A stretch of DNA of 64,000 nt from an uncultured Gammaproteobacteria bacterium (GTDB lineage Bacteria; Patescibacteriota; Patescibacteriia; 2-12-FULL-57-11): positions 15,272 to 79,271 of the forward strand of contig CAZYLV010000002.1 in NCBI GenBank assembly GCA_964648865.1, in the 5' to 3' direction. Shown here one piece after another: positions 1-10,119 of this stretch (the stretch's first letter is position 1; each line of letters begins with the position of its first letter). The position numbers were made by a program, and so were the translations under genes. The notes under the pieces are model-generated. The model searched no databases. It saw only the letters and a program-made list of their open reading frames with translations, and was not told the DNA's origin.

Positions 1-1278
1 TTCACCCCGTCCACGGTGATCCGCATCACCGCCGGCGCGACCAAGGTCTTCAAGGTCACCGCGGACATCAAGTCCGGCGCGACCGCGACCGACGTCCAGG
101 GTGACGGCGTGGTCGACGTCGACAAGGTCTCCGCCACCGGCGTGACGACCGGCACCGACGTCTCGGACACGGACGGCAACGGCCCGACCGAGCTGCAGAA
201 CGCCTGGATCGCGACCAACGGCAACCTGTCGGTCTACCCCGACTCGGCCACGCCGGTCTCGACCACCCAGGTCCTCGGCTCGACGGCCAGCGAACTTGCC
301 CGCTTCAAGCTTGAAGCGACGGTCGAGGAGGACATCAACGTCACCAAGCTCGTCATCTCCGACGTGATGACGAACGGCGGTGCCACGGGCGCCACCGGTA
401 CGCTCAAGAACCTGAAGCTCATCGACGCCAGCACCGGTACCCAGTACGGTGGCGCGATCGCTTCGCTCGACAGCTCGAGCACGGGTTCGACGGTCACCCC
501 GGTCGCCATCTTCGACAACATCACGAACCTCCGGGTTCCGAAGAGCGGCTCCGTCACCATCAAGGTGGTGTCCGACCTCACGACCTACGTCGACGGCGGC
601 GTCTCCAGCTCGTCGCACAAGCTCGTCATCAAGCCTGACTTCGTCAACGCCGGCGGTGCGGAAGCGTCCAACCGCTCCATCGTCGCCACCGGCCAGGATT
701 CCGGCTTCTCGATCTCGAGCACGTCGCTGGACTACAACGCCAACTCGACGAACAGCAACACCGACGTCACGGTGAACACGAACGCGCACAACGCGTTCCG
801 CACCAAGATCACGATCGCCAAGCACTCGTCTGCCCCGTCCGGGACCACCACCGGTTCCGACGACCAGACGGTCGCCATCTTCGTGGTCTCGAACAGCGCG
901 AACGTCGGGAACTACTCGGCATCGCTCGAGCTCATGAACCTCGATATTGGTTCCACGATCTCCGCCACCACGGCGACCCGTGAGATCAAGATCTTCCATG
1001 ACTCGGTGCTGAGCGGTAACCAGCTGGCCTCGACCAACGCCCAGGTGAACGGCAACATCGCGAGCACCTCGTTCGCCGATGCGGACTTCACCAACAGCGA
1101 CATCTCGGCCGGCAGCTCGCGCAACTACTACGTGACGATCGACACCCAGGATGCCACGACGGACAAGCGCCTCACGGTGGGCCTTGCCACGGGTGACATC
1201 GAATGGGGCGACGGCGTGACGGCTTCCATCACGGTGGTCGACTCGCTGCCGGTCACGGGTAACACGCTGTCCTACTAA
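1..1278 (+). CDS. S-layer-like/large secreted beta-rich surface protein, C-terminal part (5' truncated by window)
   Basis: Frame is open from base 1. Thr/Ser/Gly/Asp/Asn/Val-rich and Cys-free, with Ig-like beta segments and the ending LPVTGNTLSY. Codon use (acc, aac, ggt, atc) looks like a highly expressed gene. A strong hairpin follows. Confidence 0.7.
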   Translation, partial: FTPSTVIRITAGATKVFKVTADIKSGATATDVQGDGVVDVDKVSATGVTTGTDVSDTDGNGPTELQNAWIATNGNLSVYPDSATPVSTTQVLGSTASELARFKLEATVEEDINVTKLVISDVMTNGGATGATGTLKNLKLIDASTGTQYGGAIASLDSSSTGSTVTPVAIFDNITNLRVPKSGSVTIKVVSDLTTYVDGGVSSSSHKLVIKPDFVNAGGAEASNRSIVATGQDSGFSISSTSLDYNANSTNSNTDVTVNTNAHNAFRTKITIAKHSSAPSGTTTGSDDQTVAIFVVSNSANVGNYSASLELMNLDIGSTISATTATREIKIFHDSVLSGNQLASTNAQVNGNIASTSFADADFTNSDISAGSSRNYYVTIDTQDATTDKRLTVGLATGDIEWGDGVTASITVVDSLPVTGNTLSY

Positions 1279-1334
1279 TCCTAGGATCGCGTAAGGCCGG
1301 TCGTGTCGCCAAAGGGCGCGTCCCGCCGAACGAC

Positions 1335-1370
1335 AAGACCCCCGGCCATGTGGCCGGGGGTCTTCGTATT
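1335..1370 (+). terminator. Intrinsic terminator after the surface protein gene
   Basis: Perfect inverted repeat AAGACCCCCGGCCA (1335-1348) / TGGCCGGGGGTCTT (1351-1364) followed by a T-rich tail. Confidence 0.75.
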
Positions 1371-1397
1371 TACGGAGGGCCCTCGTTTTGGTACGGT
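1369..1397 (+). promoter_or_regulatory. Putative sigma70 promoter for the ligase-TPR genes
   Basis: TTTACG-N17-TACGGT with TG extension, 10 nt before ATG 1408. Confidence 0.45.
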
Positions 1398-1407
1398 GCG
1401 GCGGTCT

Positions 1408-3585
1408 ATGCGCGCCTCCGTCATCGCCCGTTGGCTCGGATACGTCTTGGCGACCGCTCCGGTCTGGTACGTCCCATGGACGTTGTTCCCCGCGGTCTTC
1501 GGCAAGATGCCGCTGGTGCTGCCGCTCATCGCGTTCTTCGGGATCCTCGCCTTGTCCGGACCGCGGCAGCCGCGGCAGCCGCGGCAGCCGCTCTCTTGGG
1601 CGATCCTGGCCTTCGGCGCCGCCGCGGCGCTCGCTGCCGCCCTCGGGGTCGACCCTGCGCAGAGCGCATGGGGGAGCGTCGCGCGCGGTACGGGACTCGT
1701 CGTGCTCGCGGCCTACGGCGTCTGGTATTGGGGTGCACGACGCGCGCTGGACGCGGAGGGTTGGCGCCGCTTCTTGGCCGTGGCCGTGGCTGCGGCCGTC
1801 GTGGAGGCGGCGATCGTGCTCGTCCAGGCCGCTACGGGCGCGGCGGCAGGGGAGGAGATCCGCGCCTCCGGACTTTTCGGCAATCCGACGTACGTCGCCG
1901 GGTACCTGGCGATCGCCGTCTTCCTGTGCGCGTCGGTCGCGACGGGAGGGAGCCGGATGCGCAAGACCATCGCTGCGCTGGCAGCCGCGACGATGGCCCT
2001 CGCGCTGGTGCTGACCGGCGCGCGCGGCGGCCTCGTGGCGTTGGTGGGCGGCGCGGCATGTGCCGTCGTGGCCTACGCCACGCTCGCCGGCGGCCGCACG
2101 CGGCGCTTCGCCCTCGGTGCATCGGGCGTCGGCCTGGCCGCGCTCGTGGCGCTTTCCCTCATCCCTCCGGATTCGTGGGCAGCGCTCGGCGCGCCCGCCG
2201 CCGTCGGCCGGACGCTCTATTGGCGCAACTACCTCGGGGACGTGCCCCGCCTCATCCAATGGGGAATCGCCTGGGAGGGGTTCCTGGAGCGCCCGTTCAC
2301 GGGTTGGGGACCGGAGACGTACCAGGCCGTGTTCGACGCCAAGTACAGCCCGGAGCTGCTGCGGTACTCCTTTTCCGAGACCGTCTCCGACAAGCCGCAC
2401 AACCTGCTCCTGGAGCTGCTCGTCGCCGGCGGTGCCGCGCTGGGCGCCGCCTTCGTCGCGGTGCTCGTCACGGCGCTGCTCGCGCTCCGCCGGGCGGCCC
2501 GCTCCGGAGCCGTGCGGCCGATGGAGGCCGCGGCGGCCGTCGGCGGGATGGCGGCCTTCGTCCTGCACGGCATGTTCCTCTTCGAGACCTTCCCCGCCGC
2601 GTTCCTCTTCGTCAGCATCCTGGCCTGGCTGGCGTCGCGGGCCTCGCAGGGGCTCACGGCCCCGGGACCTCGGCCGATCGCCGTCTGGGCGACGCGGATC
2701 GCACTCGCCGGATTCACCGTCCTCGCGTTCGTCGCGGGACCGCTCGCGGTGCGTGCCCAGTACGCCGCCCTGCTCACGCTCGAGGCCAAGACGACCCATG
2801 AATGGACCTCCCGTGCCCGGGCCGCGTTTTCCGCACCGACCGTCTATCATCGGGAGATCGTCAAACAGATCGCCCGCGACTTCCTCAACAAGAGCGCCGG
2901 GGCGCCGGAAGCGTTCGTGGTGGACACGCTGCCGCTGGTGCGCGATCAGGTGGTCGCCGCCGCCGCAGCCCATCCGCGCGATTTCACCTTGCGGTTCATG
3001 GAAGGGCAGCTCTGGGGGTTGAGCGGGAACCTCCAGCCGACGGCCGAAGAGATAGGGAAGGCCATGGACGCCCTTCGAAGCGCCGAAGCGCTCTCGCCAC
3101 GTCGGCAAGCGGTACGGTTCCAGATCGCCAAGACGCAGCTCCTGGCCGGGAACGCCGAGGAGGCCATCGCCACGCTGCGTGCCGTGGTGGCCGATGACGA
3201 CACGCTGCAGGAGCCGCACTGGTTCCTCGCGTTGGCGCTCGTCGCCGCCGGGCAGCGGGACGAGGGTGCGCAGGAGATCGCCCGCGCGCTCGAGCTCGGT
3301 CGGCTTGCGGCGATGGAATCCGTCCGTAACGTAAAGGAGATGCTCTACAGCATCGACGTCCTCGCGGCGGCCGGGCGGTTCGAGGCGATCGTGCCCGTCT
3401 ATCAGGCGCTCATCCGGATCGAACCCGACGACGCCGACTGGCATGCCCGACTCGCGGCGACCTACGAGCGGCTCGGCAGGCCCGAACTTGCGGCCATCGA
3501 GGCGCAGCGAGCCGCGGAGATCGAACCCTCCTTCCGCGATGCGGCCGACGCTTTCCTGCGTCGATTGGAGGACGCCGCCCCATGA
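1408..3585 (+). CDS. O-antigen ligase family (Wzy_C) membrane protein with C-terminal TPRs, paralog 1
   Basis: Many TM helices. Motifs GLFGNPTY, LTGARGG, RPFTGWGPETY, DKPHN, then a TPR-like C-terminus. Start moved to ATG 1408 because 1303-1407 overlaps the terminator and promoter. Confidence 0.85.
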   Translation: MRASVIARWLGYVLATAPVWYVPWTLFPAVFGKMPLVLPLIAFFGILALSGPRQPRQPRQPLSWAILAFGAAAALAAALGVDPAQSAWGSVARGTGLVVLAAYGVWYWGARRALDAEGWRRFLAVAVAAAVVEAAIVLVQAATGAAAGEEIRASGLFGNPTYVAGYLAIAVFLCASVATGGSRMRKTIAALAAATMALALVLTGARGGLVALVGGAACAVVAYATLAGGRTRRFALGASGVGLAALVALSLIPPDSWAALGAPAAVGRTLYWRNYLGDVPRLIQWGIAWEGFLERPFTGWGPETYQAVFDAKYSPELLRYSFSETVSDKPHNLLLELLVAGGAALGAAFVAVLVTALLALRRAARSGAVRPMEAAAAVGGMAAFVLHGMFLFETFPAAFLFVSILAWLASRASQGLTAPGPRPIAVWATRIALAGFTVLAFVAGPLAVRAQYAALLTLEAKTTHEWTSRARAAFSAPTVYHREIVKQIARDFLNKSAGAPEAFVVDTLPLVRDQVVAAAAAHPRDFTLRFMEGQLWGLSGNLQPTAEEIGKAMDALRSAEALSPRRQAVRFQIAKTQLLAGNAEEAIATLRAVVADDDTLQEPHWFLALALVAAGQRDEGAQEIARALELGRLAAMESVRNVKEMLYSIDVLAAAGRFEAIVPVYQALIRIEPDDADWHARLAATYERLGRPELAAIEAQRAAEIEPSFRDAADAFLRRLEDAAP
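1561..1590 (+). repeat. In-frame 9-nt tandem repeat (CCGCGGCAG)x3 encoding PRQPRQPRQP
   Basis: Read directly at 1561-1590. Confidence 0.8.
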
Positions 3586-5780
3586 TCCGTCGGTTCCGCG
3601 ACATCGCGCTTTTGGCGACGGCCTTCCTGCCGCTCGTCTTCGCCCGAGGGTTGGCGAACCCGTTCCTGACGCCACGTGAGATCGCCCTGCGTCTCATCCT
3701 GGCCGTCGCCTTGCCGCTCGCCGTAGCCGTCGCGCCGCAGCCGCGGCGGCCCGGGCCGCTCGGTGCCGCGGCGCTGGCGCTCCTTGCCGCGGCCGCAGCG
3801 GGGACCGTCTTTTCCGTCGACGTCGCCAACAGCACCTGGAGCAATCCTGAGCGGTTCACCGGTTTCCTTGATGTCGCGCTTGCCGTCGGGTATGGCGCCG
3901 CGCTCGCCCAGGCCTTCCGTGACACGCGGTTCCGGGCGCGCTTCCTGTGGCTGTGGATCGGCGTCTGGGCGGCGGTCTGCCTGTGGGCGCTCCTGGAGAA
4001 GGCCGTCCCCGGCTTCTGGGCGCAGTTCAACGGCGACGGTGCCCGCAGCGTGGCCACCATCGGCAACGCCATCTTCCTCGCCCACGGCATCATCCTCGCC
4101 ACGCCGCCCATCGTCGCGGCCCTCCGGATGCGTCCGGGCCGGGCGTGGCGCATCGCCTCCCGCGTGGCGTTGGGGCTGGCGGGAGCGGCTGTCCTCGCCA
4201 CCGGCACGCGCGGCGCGCTGCTCGGTGTCTTGGCTGGGGGCGCCGTCGCCGCGATGGCCTACGCCGCATGGTCCCGGCACCGTGCCGCCCGCGTCGCTGC
4301 CGTGGCCGTGCCGCTCGCCTGTCTGCTTGCCCTGGGCGGGATGTTCCTTGCGCGGGACGTGCCCGGTCTGCAGGAAGTGCCGGTCGTCGGCCGCGTGCTG
4401 GCCGTGTTCCAGCGCGACGCCAGCACCGTCCAACGCCTCCAGCTGTGGGGCGTGGCGCTCGAGGCGGTCCGCCAGAGGCCGCTTACGGGCTGGGGACCGG
4501 AGAACTTCGATACCGCCCTGGACCGCAACTACGACACGGCCCTCACGCGGTACGGGGTCAACCAATCGTTTTCGGACCGTGCCCACAACGGCCTGCTCGA
4601 CGTGGCCGCGGCGTACGGGCTCCTCGGCGTCGCCGCATACCTCGCGTTCCTCGGCGCGCTCGGTCGGACGGTGCTGCGTGCGCGTCAGTCCGGGGCCGCG
4701 CCGGCGCCTGTCGCGGCCGTGCTCCTCGGCGGGCTTGCGGCCTACCTTGTGACCTCGCTTACCGCCTTCGACTCCCAGATCACGCTTCTCGGCCTGGCGG
4801 TCTTCGCGGCCTTCGTCGCCGCACTCGGTCGGGAAACCCAGGCGGCGTCCCTCCCGTTCCAGGCGGGGGCGAAGCGGGCCATGCTCGCCGCGGCCGCGGC
4901 CGTCCCGATGGCCGTCGTCGCGTGGAGCGTGGTGCCGCTTGCGCGCGGCGCGCAGCTCGTCCATGTGGCCGTCGTCGCGCCGCAGGACGCCGCGCTGCAG
5001 GAGACCGCCGCGTCCCTCCTGACGTTCGCCAATCCATACCGAGCCATCCAGGGGCAGCGTATCGCCAACGAGATCTTCAAGCGCGTCGGCAACGCGCCGA
5101 CCTTCCTGCCGTCGCATGCGGACGGACTGCGCGCCGCTGAGGCGTTGCTGCGCGACGCCGTCGTCCGCCGCCCGGGGAACTTCAGCGCCCGATACACGCT
5201 CGCCAATGTCCTGCTGCTCCAGGCGGTCAACGGCATGCGTCCGCATGAGGATGCCCTGGCCGTCTTCGAGGAGGCGCGGGTCCTTGCGCCGCGACGCCAG
5301 ATGGTCGACCTCCAGATCGGCAACCTCCACCTCACCCGCGGCGACGGCGCGGCGGCGGAAGCGTCCTTCCGGGCGGCAGTGGCCCTGGACCCGACGGTTC
5401 CGGAGGTCCACTGGCATTGGGGGCGGGGGCTGGCGGTGATGGGCGATCTGGAGCGGGCTGCGCAGGAGTTCCGCGTCGCCTGGGAATCGGGTTTGCGGCA
5501 GGTGCGTCCCGAGCAGGAGTACGCCACGGCATATGCCGCGCTCCAGGCTGCCGGCGACCTGGCGACCATCCGCGACATCACGCGCTTCCGATCCGAGAAC
5601 GACACGCAGGACCCGGACCTTTTCGCGTCGCTCGCCGCGGTGCACGCGGCGCTCGGCGAGCGCGAGGAGGCCATCGCGGCGCTGCTGCGCGCCGTCGCCC
5701 TCGACCCTGCGCTGCGCGCGGAGGCGCTGCTGTTCCTGCGCCAGAACGGGTATCCTGAAGACGTCCTCCCACCCCTATGA
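3582..5780 (+). CDS. O-antigen ligase family (Wzy_C)-TPR protein, paralog 2
   Basis: ATIGNAIFL, ATGTRGALLG, RPLTGWGPENF, DRAHNGLLD and a TPR C-terminus. ATGA overlap with the previous gene. Confidence 0.85.
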   Translation: MIRRFRDIALLATAFLPLVFARGLANPFLTPREIALRLILAVALPLAVAVAPQPRRPGPLGAAALALLAAAAAGTVFSVDVANSTWSNPERFTGFLDVALAVGYGAALAQAFRDTRFRARFLWLWIGVWAAVCLWALLEKAVPGFWAQFNGDGARSVATIGNAIFLAHGIILATPPIVAALRMRPGRAWRIASRVALGLAGAAVLATGTRGALLGVLAGGAVAAMAYAAWSRHRAARVAAVAVPLACLLALGGMFLARDVPGLQEVPVVGRVLAVFQRDASTVQRLQLWGVALEAVRQRPLTGWGPENFDTALDRNYDTALTRYGVNQSFSDRAHNGLLDVAAAYGLLGVAAYLAFLGALGRTVLRARQSGAAPAPVAAVLLGGLAAYLVTSLTAFDSQITLLGLAVFAAFVAALGRETQAASLPFQAGAKRAMLAAAAAVPMAVVAWSVVPLARGAQLVHVAVVAPQDAALQETAASLLTFANPYRAIQGQRIANEIFKRVGNAPTFLPSHADGLRAAEALLRDAVVRRPGNFSARYTLANVLLLQAVNGMRPHEDALAVFEEARVLAPRRQMVDLQIGNLHLTRGDGAAAEASFRAAVALDPTVPEVHWHWGRGLAVMGDLERAAQEFRVAWESGLRQVRPEQEYATAYAALQAAGDLATIRDITRFRSENDTQDPDLFASLAAVHAALGEREEAIAALLRAVALDPALRAEALLFLRQNGYPEDVLPPL

Positions 5781-7981
5781 GCGAACGCCTGGAACGTCTC
5801 TGTCTCGTCGTCCTGCGCTACGGCTTGCCGTTGGCGTTCTTGACGCCCTTCCTCTACACCACCGACGTGACCTTCCCGTTCGTGGTCAGCAAGGTCTGGA
5901 GTTTCCGCGCGCTGGTCGAACTGCTCGTGCCCTTCTATGCGGTGCTGACGATCGTCTCGCCGCGCCACCGCCCGTGGCGCGAGCCGTTGCCGCTGGCCGT
6001 CGTGGCCTTCATGGCCGTCTTGCTGCTCTCCACGGCCTTCGGGGTCGATCCCGCGCGCAGCATCTGGTCCAACCACGAGCGCATGACCGGCGTCTACACG
6101 TTGCTGCACTACGCGGCGTTCTTCCTGATGGTGCGCGCCGCCTACACGACGGCGCGTCAGACAAAGGCCCTGCTTCTCTCGACGCTTGCCGCAAGCGTGG
6201 TCATGACGGGACTGGCGCTGTATGAGCGCAGCCATCCCGGCTTCCTGGCCAACACCGGGAACCGGCCGTGGGCCACGCTCGGCAACACCATCTACCTGGC
6301 CAACTACCTGCTGTTCCATCTCTTCTTCGCGGCGCTCGTGGCCTTCCGCCGCGACACGCGCCTGTGGTTGCGGGTCGCGCTCGGCGCCTTGGCGGCCGCG
6401 CAGACGCTCGTCATCCTCTACACGCAGACCCGCGGCACGCTCTTGGCCGTCCTCGTCACCGCGGCGGTCCTGGGGCTCTGGGCCGCGGCGCGCCAGAAGC
6501 GTCTGCGTCCGTGGGCGGCAGGCGCCTTCGTCGCCTTGGCGCTGGTCGGCGGCGTCCTCTACGTGAACCGCGGGCAGGACTGGGTCGGCGACATCCCCGG
6601 CGTCGGCAAGCTGGTGCGCACCACGCTCACCGAGGGTGGCGGCGTGCGCACGCGCATCATCGCCTGGGAAATCGCGCTCGAGGCGTTCGTCGAGCGGCCG
6701 TTGCTCGGGTGGGGGCCGGAGAACTTCTACTACGCCTTCAACCGTTTCTATAATCCGGAGTCGTATCGGTACGGCTCGTATGAGACGTGGTTCGACCGCT
6801 CGCACAACACGCTGCTCGACGTGCTTTCGATGACCGGGGCGCTGGGCATGTTGGCGTACCTGGCGGTGTTCGCCGTGGCCGTCTGGACGGTGGAGCGCCG
6901 CATCAAGGCCCGGGACATGCGCCGTTGGGAGGGGATGCTCTCGGTGGGCATGCTGCTCGCCTACGTCGTCCAGAACCTGACGGTCTTCGACGCGCACACG
7001 TCCTACCTCTACTTCTATCTGCTGCTCGCCCTCATCGCGGCCCGGCCGCTGCCCGAAGGCGGCGCGGCGACGGAGGGGCGCGTCCGGGCGGGGTTGGTGG
7101 CATTGCCGCTGCTGCTCGTCGGCGGGATCGTCCTGGCCATCGTCACCGACCTCCAGCCGTACGATGCCAACCGTCTGGCGTTGCGCGGCACGGCGGCGCT
7201 GCGCCTGCGCGGCGATGCGGCCGCCGCCATCGTACAGTACGACAAGGCCCTGGCGACGCCGACGCCGCACGACGTGGACCTGCGCGCCGACGGTGCGCGG
7301 GAGATCGCCGATGCCGTGGCCGGCGGGCGGCTGCCGCAGGCGCAGGTGCGGCCGTCCGTGGAGTGGGCCATCGCGCGCGTCGAGGAGAACCGCGCGGCGC
7401 GGTCGGACGTCTACGACGCCATCATCTACGCCGAACTGCTCCAGGACGCGGCGGCGTGGGATCCCACCGCCACGGCGCGCGCGCGGCAGGCGCTCGACGA
7501 GGCCTGGGCGCTCTCGCCGGACCGTCAACAGATCGTCTTCACCATGGCGCAGCTGGCCCTCTTCGACGGTCGGCCGCAGGACGCGTTGGACGTGCTTGAG
7601 GCGTCGTTGACCAAGGAAGAGCGCGTCCGCGACCTGCACTGGAACCTGGCGTTGGCCGCGCACGGCGTCGGCGATTACGGAAAGGCGGCCCGGGCCATCG
7701 CCCGGGCGCGCGAGCTGGGGTACGAATGGCGCAGCGCCTCGGACGTGACCTTCGCGGTCGACGTCTTCCGGAAGTCCGGACGCCTGGACGACGCGCTCGC
7801 CGGCGCGCAGCTGTTGGTGTCGGCGTTGCCCGACGAGCCGCGCGCCCATCTGCTGCTGGCGGAAGTCCACGTCGACAGGGGCGATGCCGACCAGGCCGAG
7901 GCGGCCATCGCACGCGCCGTGGCGCTCGATCCGAGCCTGGCGCCGCAAGCGGCGGTCCTGCGCGCCCGGCTCAGCCAGTGA
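5777..7981 (+). CDS. O-antigen ligase family (Wzy_C)-TPR protein, paralog 3
   Basis: ATLGNTIYL, YTQTRGTLL, RPLLGWGPENF, DRSHNTLLD and a TPR C-terminus. ATGA overlap. Confidence 0.88.
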   Translation: MSERLERLCLVVLRYGLPLAFLTPFLYTTDVTFPFVVSKVWSFRALVELLVPFYAVLTIVSPRHRPWREPLPLAVVAFMAVLLLSTAFGVDPARSIWSNHERMTGVYTLLHYAAFFLMVRAAYTTARQTKALLLSTLAASVVMTGLALYERSHPGFLANTGNRPWATLGNTIYLANYLLFHLFFAALVAFRRDTRLWLRVALGALAAAQTLVILYTQTRGTLLAVLVTAAVLGLWAAARQKRLRPWAAGAFVALALVGGVLYVNRGQDWVGDIPGVGKLVRTTLTEGGGVRTRIIAWEIALEAFVERPLLGWGPENFYYAFNRFYNPESYRYGSYETWFDRSHNTLLDVLSMTGALGMLAYLAVFAVAVWTVERRIKARDMRRWEGMLSVGMLLAYVVQNLTVFDAHTSYLYFYLLLALIAARPLPEGGAATEGRVRAGLVALPLLLVGGIVLAIVTDLQPYDANRLALRGTAALRLRGDAAAAIVQYDKALATPTPHDVDLRADGAREIADAVAGGRLPQAQVRPSVEWAIARVEENRAARSDVYDAIIYAELLQDAAAWDPTATARARQALDEAWALSPDRQQIVFTMAQLALFDGRPQDALDVLEASLTKEERVRDLHWNLALAAHGVGDYGKAARAIARARELGYEWRSASDVTFAVDVFRKSGRLDDALAGAQLLVSALPDEPRAHLLLAEVHVDRGDADQAEAAIARAVALDPSLAPQAAVLRARLSQ

Positions 7982-9077
7982 GACGGCGGTAGAGGGCGAG
8001 GGTCTCGCGGAGCGCGCGCTGCTCGGTGAAGAGCGTGTGCACGGTCTCGGCGGCGGCCTTGCCGACGCGCGGCCAGGCGTCCCGCGCCGCGAAGGCGCGC
8101 CGCAGGCCGTCGTCGAGCGCGTCCGTCCGCGTCAGCCACCCGTTCATGCCGTCGGCGATGACGCTGGGGATGCCGCCGACCGACGTCGCCAGGCACGGCA
8201 GCCCGGCCTCCATGGCCTCCAGCAAAGCGAAGGGCAACCCTTCTTTCTTCGACGGCAGGACGAAGAGATCGAAGCCGTCCATGAGCCGGCGGGCATCGTC
8301 GCGCCCGCCGAGCAGGTGCACGCGGCTGCCCAGCGCCGCCGCGGCCTGCTCCACCGCGGGCCGCTGCTCGCCGTCACCGACGAGCACCAGATGCGCGTCC
8401 GCGGGAGCGGCTTCGGCGAAGGCCGCGACCAGCGCCGGGACGTTTTTCGTGGGGAAGAGATTGGCGACGCAGCCGATGCACGTCGCGTCCGTCGGGACGC
8501 CGGCCAGCGCCAGCGCCGCGCGGGCAGCGGCGCGATCGTGCGCGACGGGCGCCACGCCGTTGGGGATGACGTGCAGCCGGTCTGCGGGCGAGACCTTGGC
8601 CGCGAGTGCCGCGGCGCGCTCCTGCGGCGACAGGACGATCGTGGCGTCCCGCCCGAGCCCGGCGATCCGTTCCATCCAGCGGTACAACGGGCCTGGGCGA
8701 TCGGGCTCCAGGAAGACCCACCCATGGGCGGTGAAGACGTGCTTGGGAGCCAGGCCGACGAGCGCCAGCGTGGCCAACAGCCCCGCCTTGGAGGAATTGC
8801 CGTGGACCACGTCGGGACGCAGCTCGCGGACGAGGCGGCGCAGCTCCCGCGTGGCGTGCAGGTCGGCGAGCGGGCGCAGCGCGCGTACCAGCGAGGGCAA
8901 CGCGCGGTAGGAGATGCCGGCGGCGGCGCAGGAGGCCGCGAGCGGACCCGTGCCACCGGCGGCGACCGTCACCGTCCAGCCCTGCGCCGCCGCGGCGCGC
9001 GCCAGGGCGAGGACGTAGCGCTGCGCGCCCCCCAGGGAGGGGCTCGTCACGACCAGCAGCAGGGAGGGGGAGCGCAT
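7971..9077 (-). CDS. GT4 glycosyltransferase
   Basis: GGAQRY, HGNSSKAG, FTAHGW, IPNGV, EGLPFALLEAM (EX7E motif). Confidence 0.9.
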   Translation of the reverse strand: MRSPSLLLVVTSPSLGGAQRYVLALARAAAAQGWTVTVAAGGTGPLAASCAAAGISYRALPSLVRALRPLADLHATRELRRLVRELRPDVVHGNSSKAGLLATLALVGLAPKHVFTAHGWVFLEPDRPGPLYRWMERIAGLGRDATIVLSPQERAAALAAKVSPADRLHVIPNGVAPVAHDRAAARAALALAGVPTDATCIGCVANLFPTKNVPALVAAFAEAAPADAHLVLVGDGEQRPAVEQAAAALGSRVHLLGGRDDARRLMDGFDLFVLPSKKEGLPFALLEAMEAGLPCLATSVGGIPSVIADGMNGWLTRTDALDDGLRRAFAARDAWPRVGKAAAETVHTLFTEQRALRETLALYRRLTG

Positions 9078-9105
9078 TGACGGATGGCCAAGAATGCCCC
9101 ATCAT
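9077..9105 (+). promoter_or_regulatory. Putative sigma70 promoter
   Basis: TTGACG-N17-CATCAT upstream of ATG 9133. Confidence 0.4.
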
Positions 9106-9132
9106 ACGCAGGAAATCGTCCTGCCGACAACG

Positions 9133-10119
9133 ATGCCTCATGTCCCGTACGGCAACCTCAAAGGGGCCACCGTCCTGGTGACCGGCGCCGCCGGTTTCAT
9201 CGGCTCCCATCTCGTCGATCGGCTCTTGGCCCTCGGCGCGTTCGTGGTGGGCGCGGACAACCTCTCGACCGGCCGCATGGAGAACCTGGCGGGCGCCCGC
9301 AAGGACGAGCGCTTCACCTTCGTCCGTGCCGACGTCAACCGCTTCGAGGAGGTCGCCCAGATCTTCTCCGCGCATCGCATCGACTACGTCTTCCACTACG
9401 CGGCGGTGGTCGGCGTGCAGAACGTCATCGAGCGGCCGCTCGAGGTGTTCAAGGACCTCGACGGCATCAAGTACCTGCTCGCCCTCTCGCACGCCCACCG
9501 CGTCAAGAAGTTCGTCTTCGCCTCGTCGTCGGAGGCCTACGGCGAGCCGGTGGAGCTGCCGGAACGCGAAGAGGGCATCCTCAACGTCAACGCCGACGAT
9601 CCCTACGGGCTGACCAAACTGGTGGGGGAGAACATGGTCCGCAACTACTGGCGCCGGTTCCGGCTGCCCGGCTGTTCGCTGCGGTTCTTCAACGTCTACG
9701 GCCCGCGGCAGAACGCCACGCCCTACGGTTTCGTCGTCGGCATCTTCATCACACGCGCCCTGGCGGGCGAGCCGCCGGTCATCTTCGGCGACGGCACGGC
9801 GACGCGTGACTTCGTCTACGTCGACGACAACGTCGAAGCGGCGATCCGCGCCCTGCTGCTCGAGACGACCAACGGACAGACGCTCAACGTCGGCAGCGGC
9901 AACCAGACCACCGTCGGCGAGCTCGCGGCGCAGGTGGTGACCTTGTCCGGCAAGGCGCTGCGCCCGATGCGCGAGCCGGAGCGCGCCATCGAGGTCAAGT
10001 ACCGCTGTCCGGACGTCACCAAGATGCGCGAGCTGCTCGATTTCGAGCCGCAGGTGCATCTCCAAGAGGGACTGCGGCGGACCTTCGACTGGTACCGGTC
10101 CGGTGCCCATGGCTCCTGA
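9133..10119 (+). CDS. NAD-dependent nucleotide-sugar epimerase/dehydratase (extended SDR)
   Basis: TGAAGFIGSH, ASSSEAYG, YGLTK, RFFNVYGPRQ, RDFVYVDD. Alternative start at 9094. Confidence 0.9.
   Translation: MPHVPYGNLKGATVLVTGAAGFIGSHLVDRLLALGAFVVGADNLSTGRMENLAGARKDERFTFVRADVNRFEEVAQIFSAHRIDYVFHYAAVVGVQNVIERPLEVFKDLDGIKYLLALSHAHRVKKFVFASSSEAYGEPVELPEREEGILNVNADDPYGLTKLVGENMVRNYWRRFRLPGCSLRFFNVYGPRQNATPYGFVVGIFITRALAGEPPVIFGDGTATRDFVYVDDNVEAAIRALLLETTNGQTLNVGSGNQTTVGELAAQVVTLSGKALRPMREPERAIEVKYRCPDVTKMRELLDFEPQVHLQEGLRRTFDWYRSGAHGS

Noticed and set aside
1-1278. N-glycosylation sequons (NLS, NVT, NIT, NRS, NST, NYS) in the surface protein
   Set aside because: Six sequons is about what an Asn/Ser/Thr-rich sequence gives by chance, so this is not evidence on its own
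1561-1590. 9-nt tandem repeat as a phase-variation switch
   Set aside because: The unit is a multiple of three with only three copies, so it changes loop length and not the reading frame
4742-7948. Very long antisense and alternate-frame ORFs (also 3462-5645, 10016-12427, 16110-19127, 39444-41453 and others)
   Set aside because: They are Arg/Ala/Gly-rich, have no family motifs and mirror well-supported genes, so they are shadow ORFs expected at high GC
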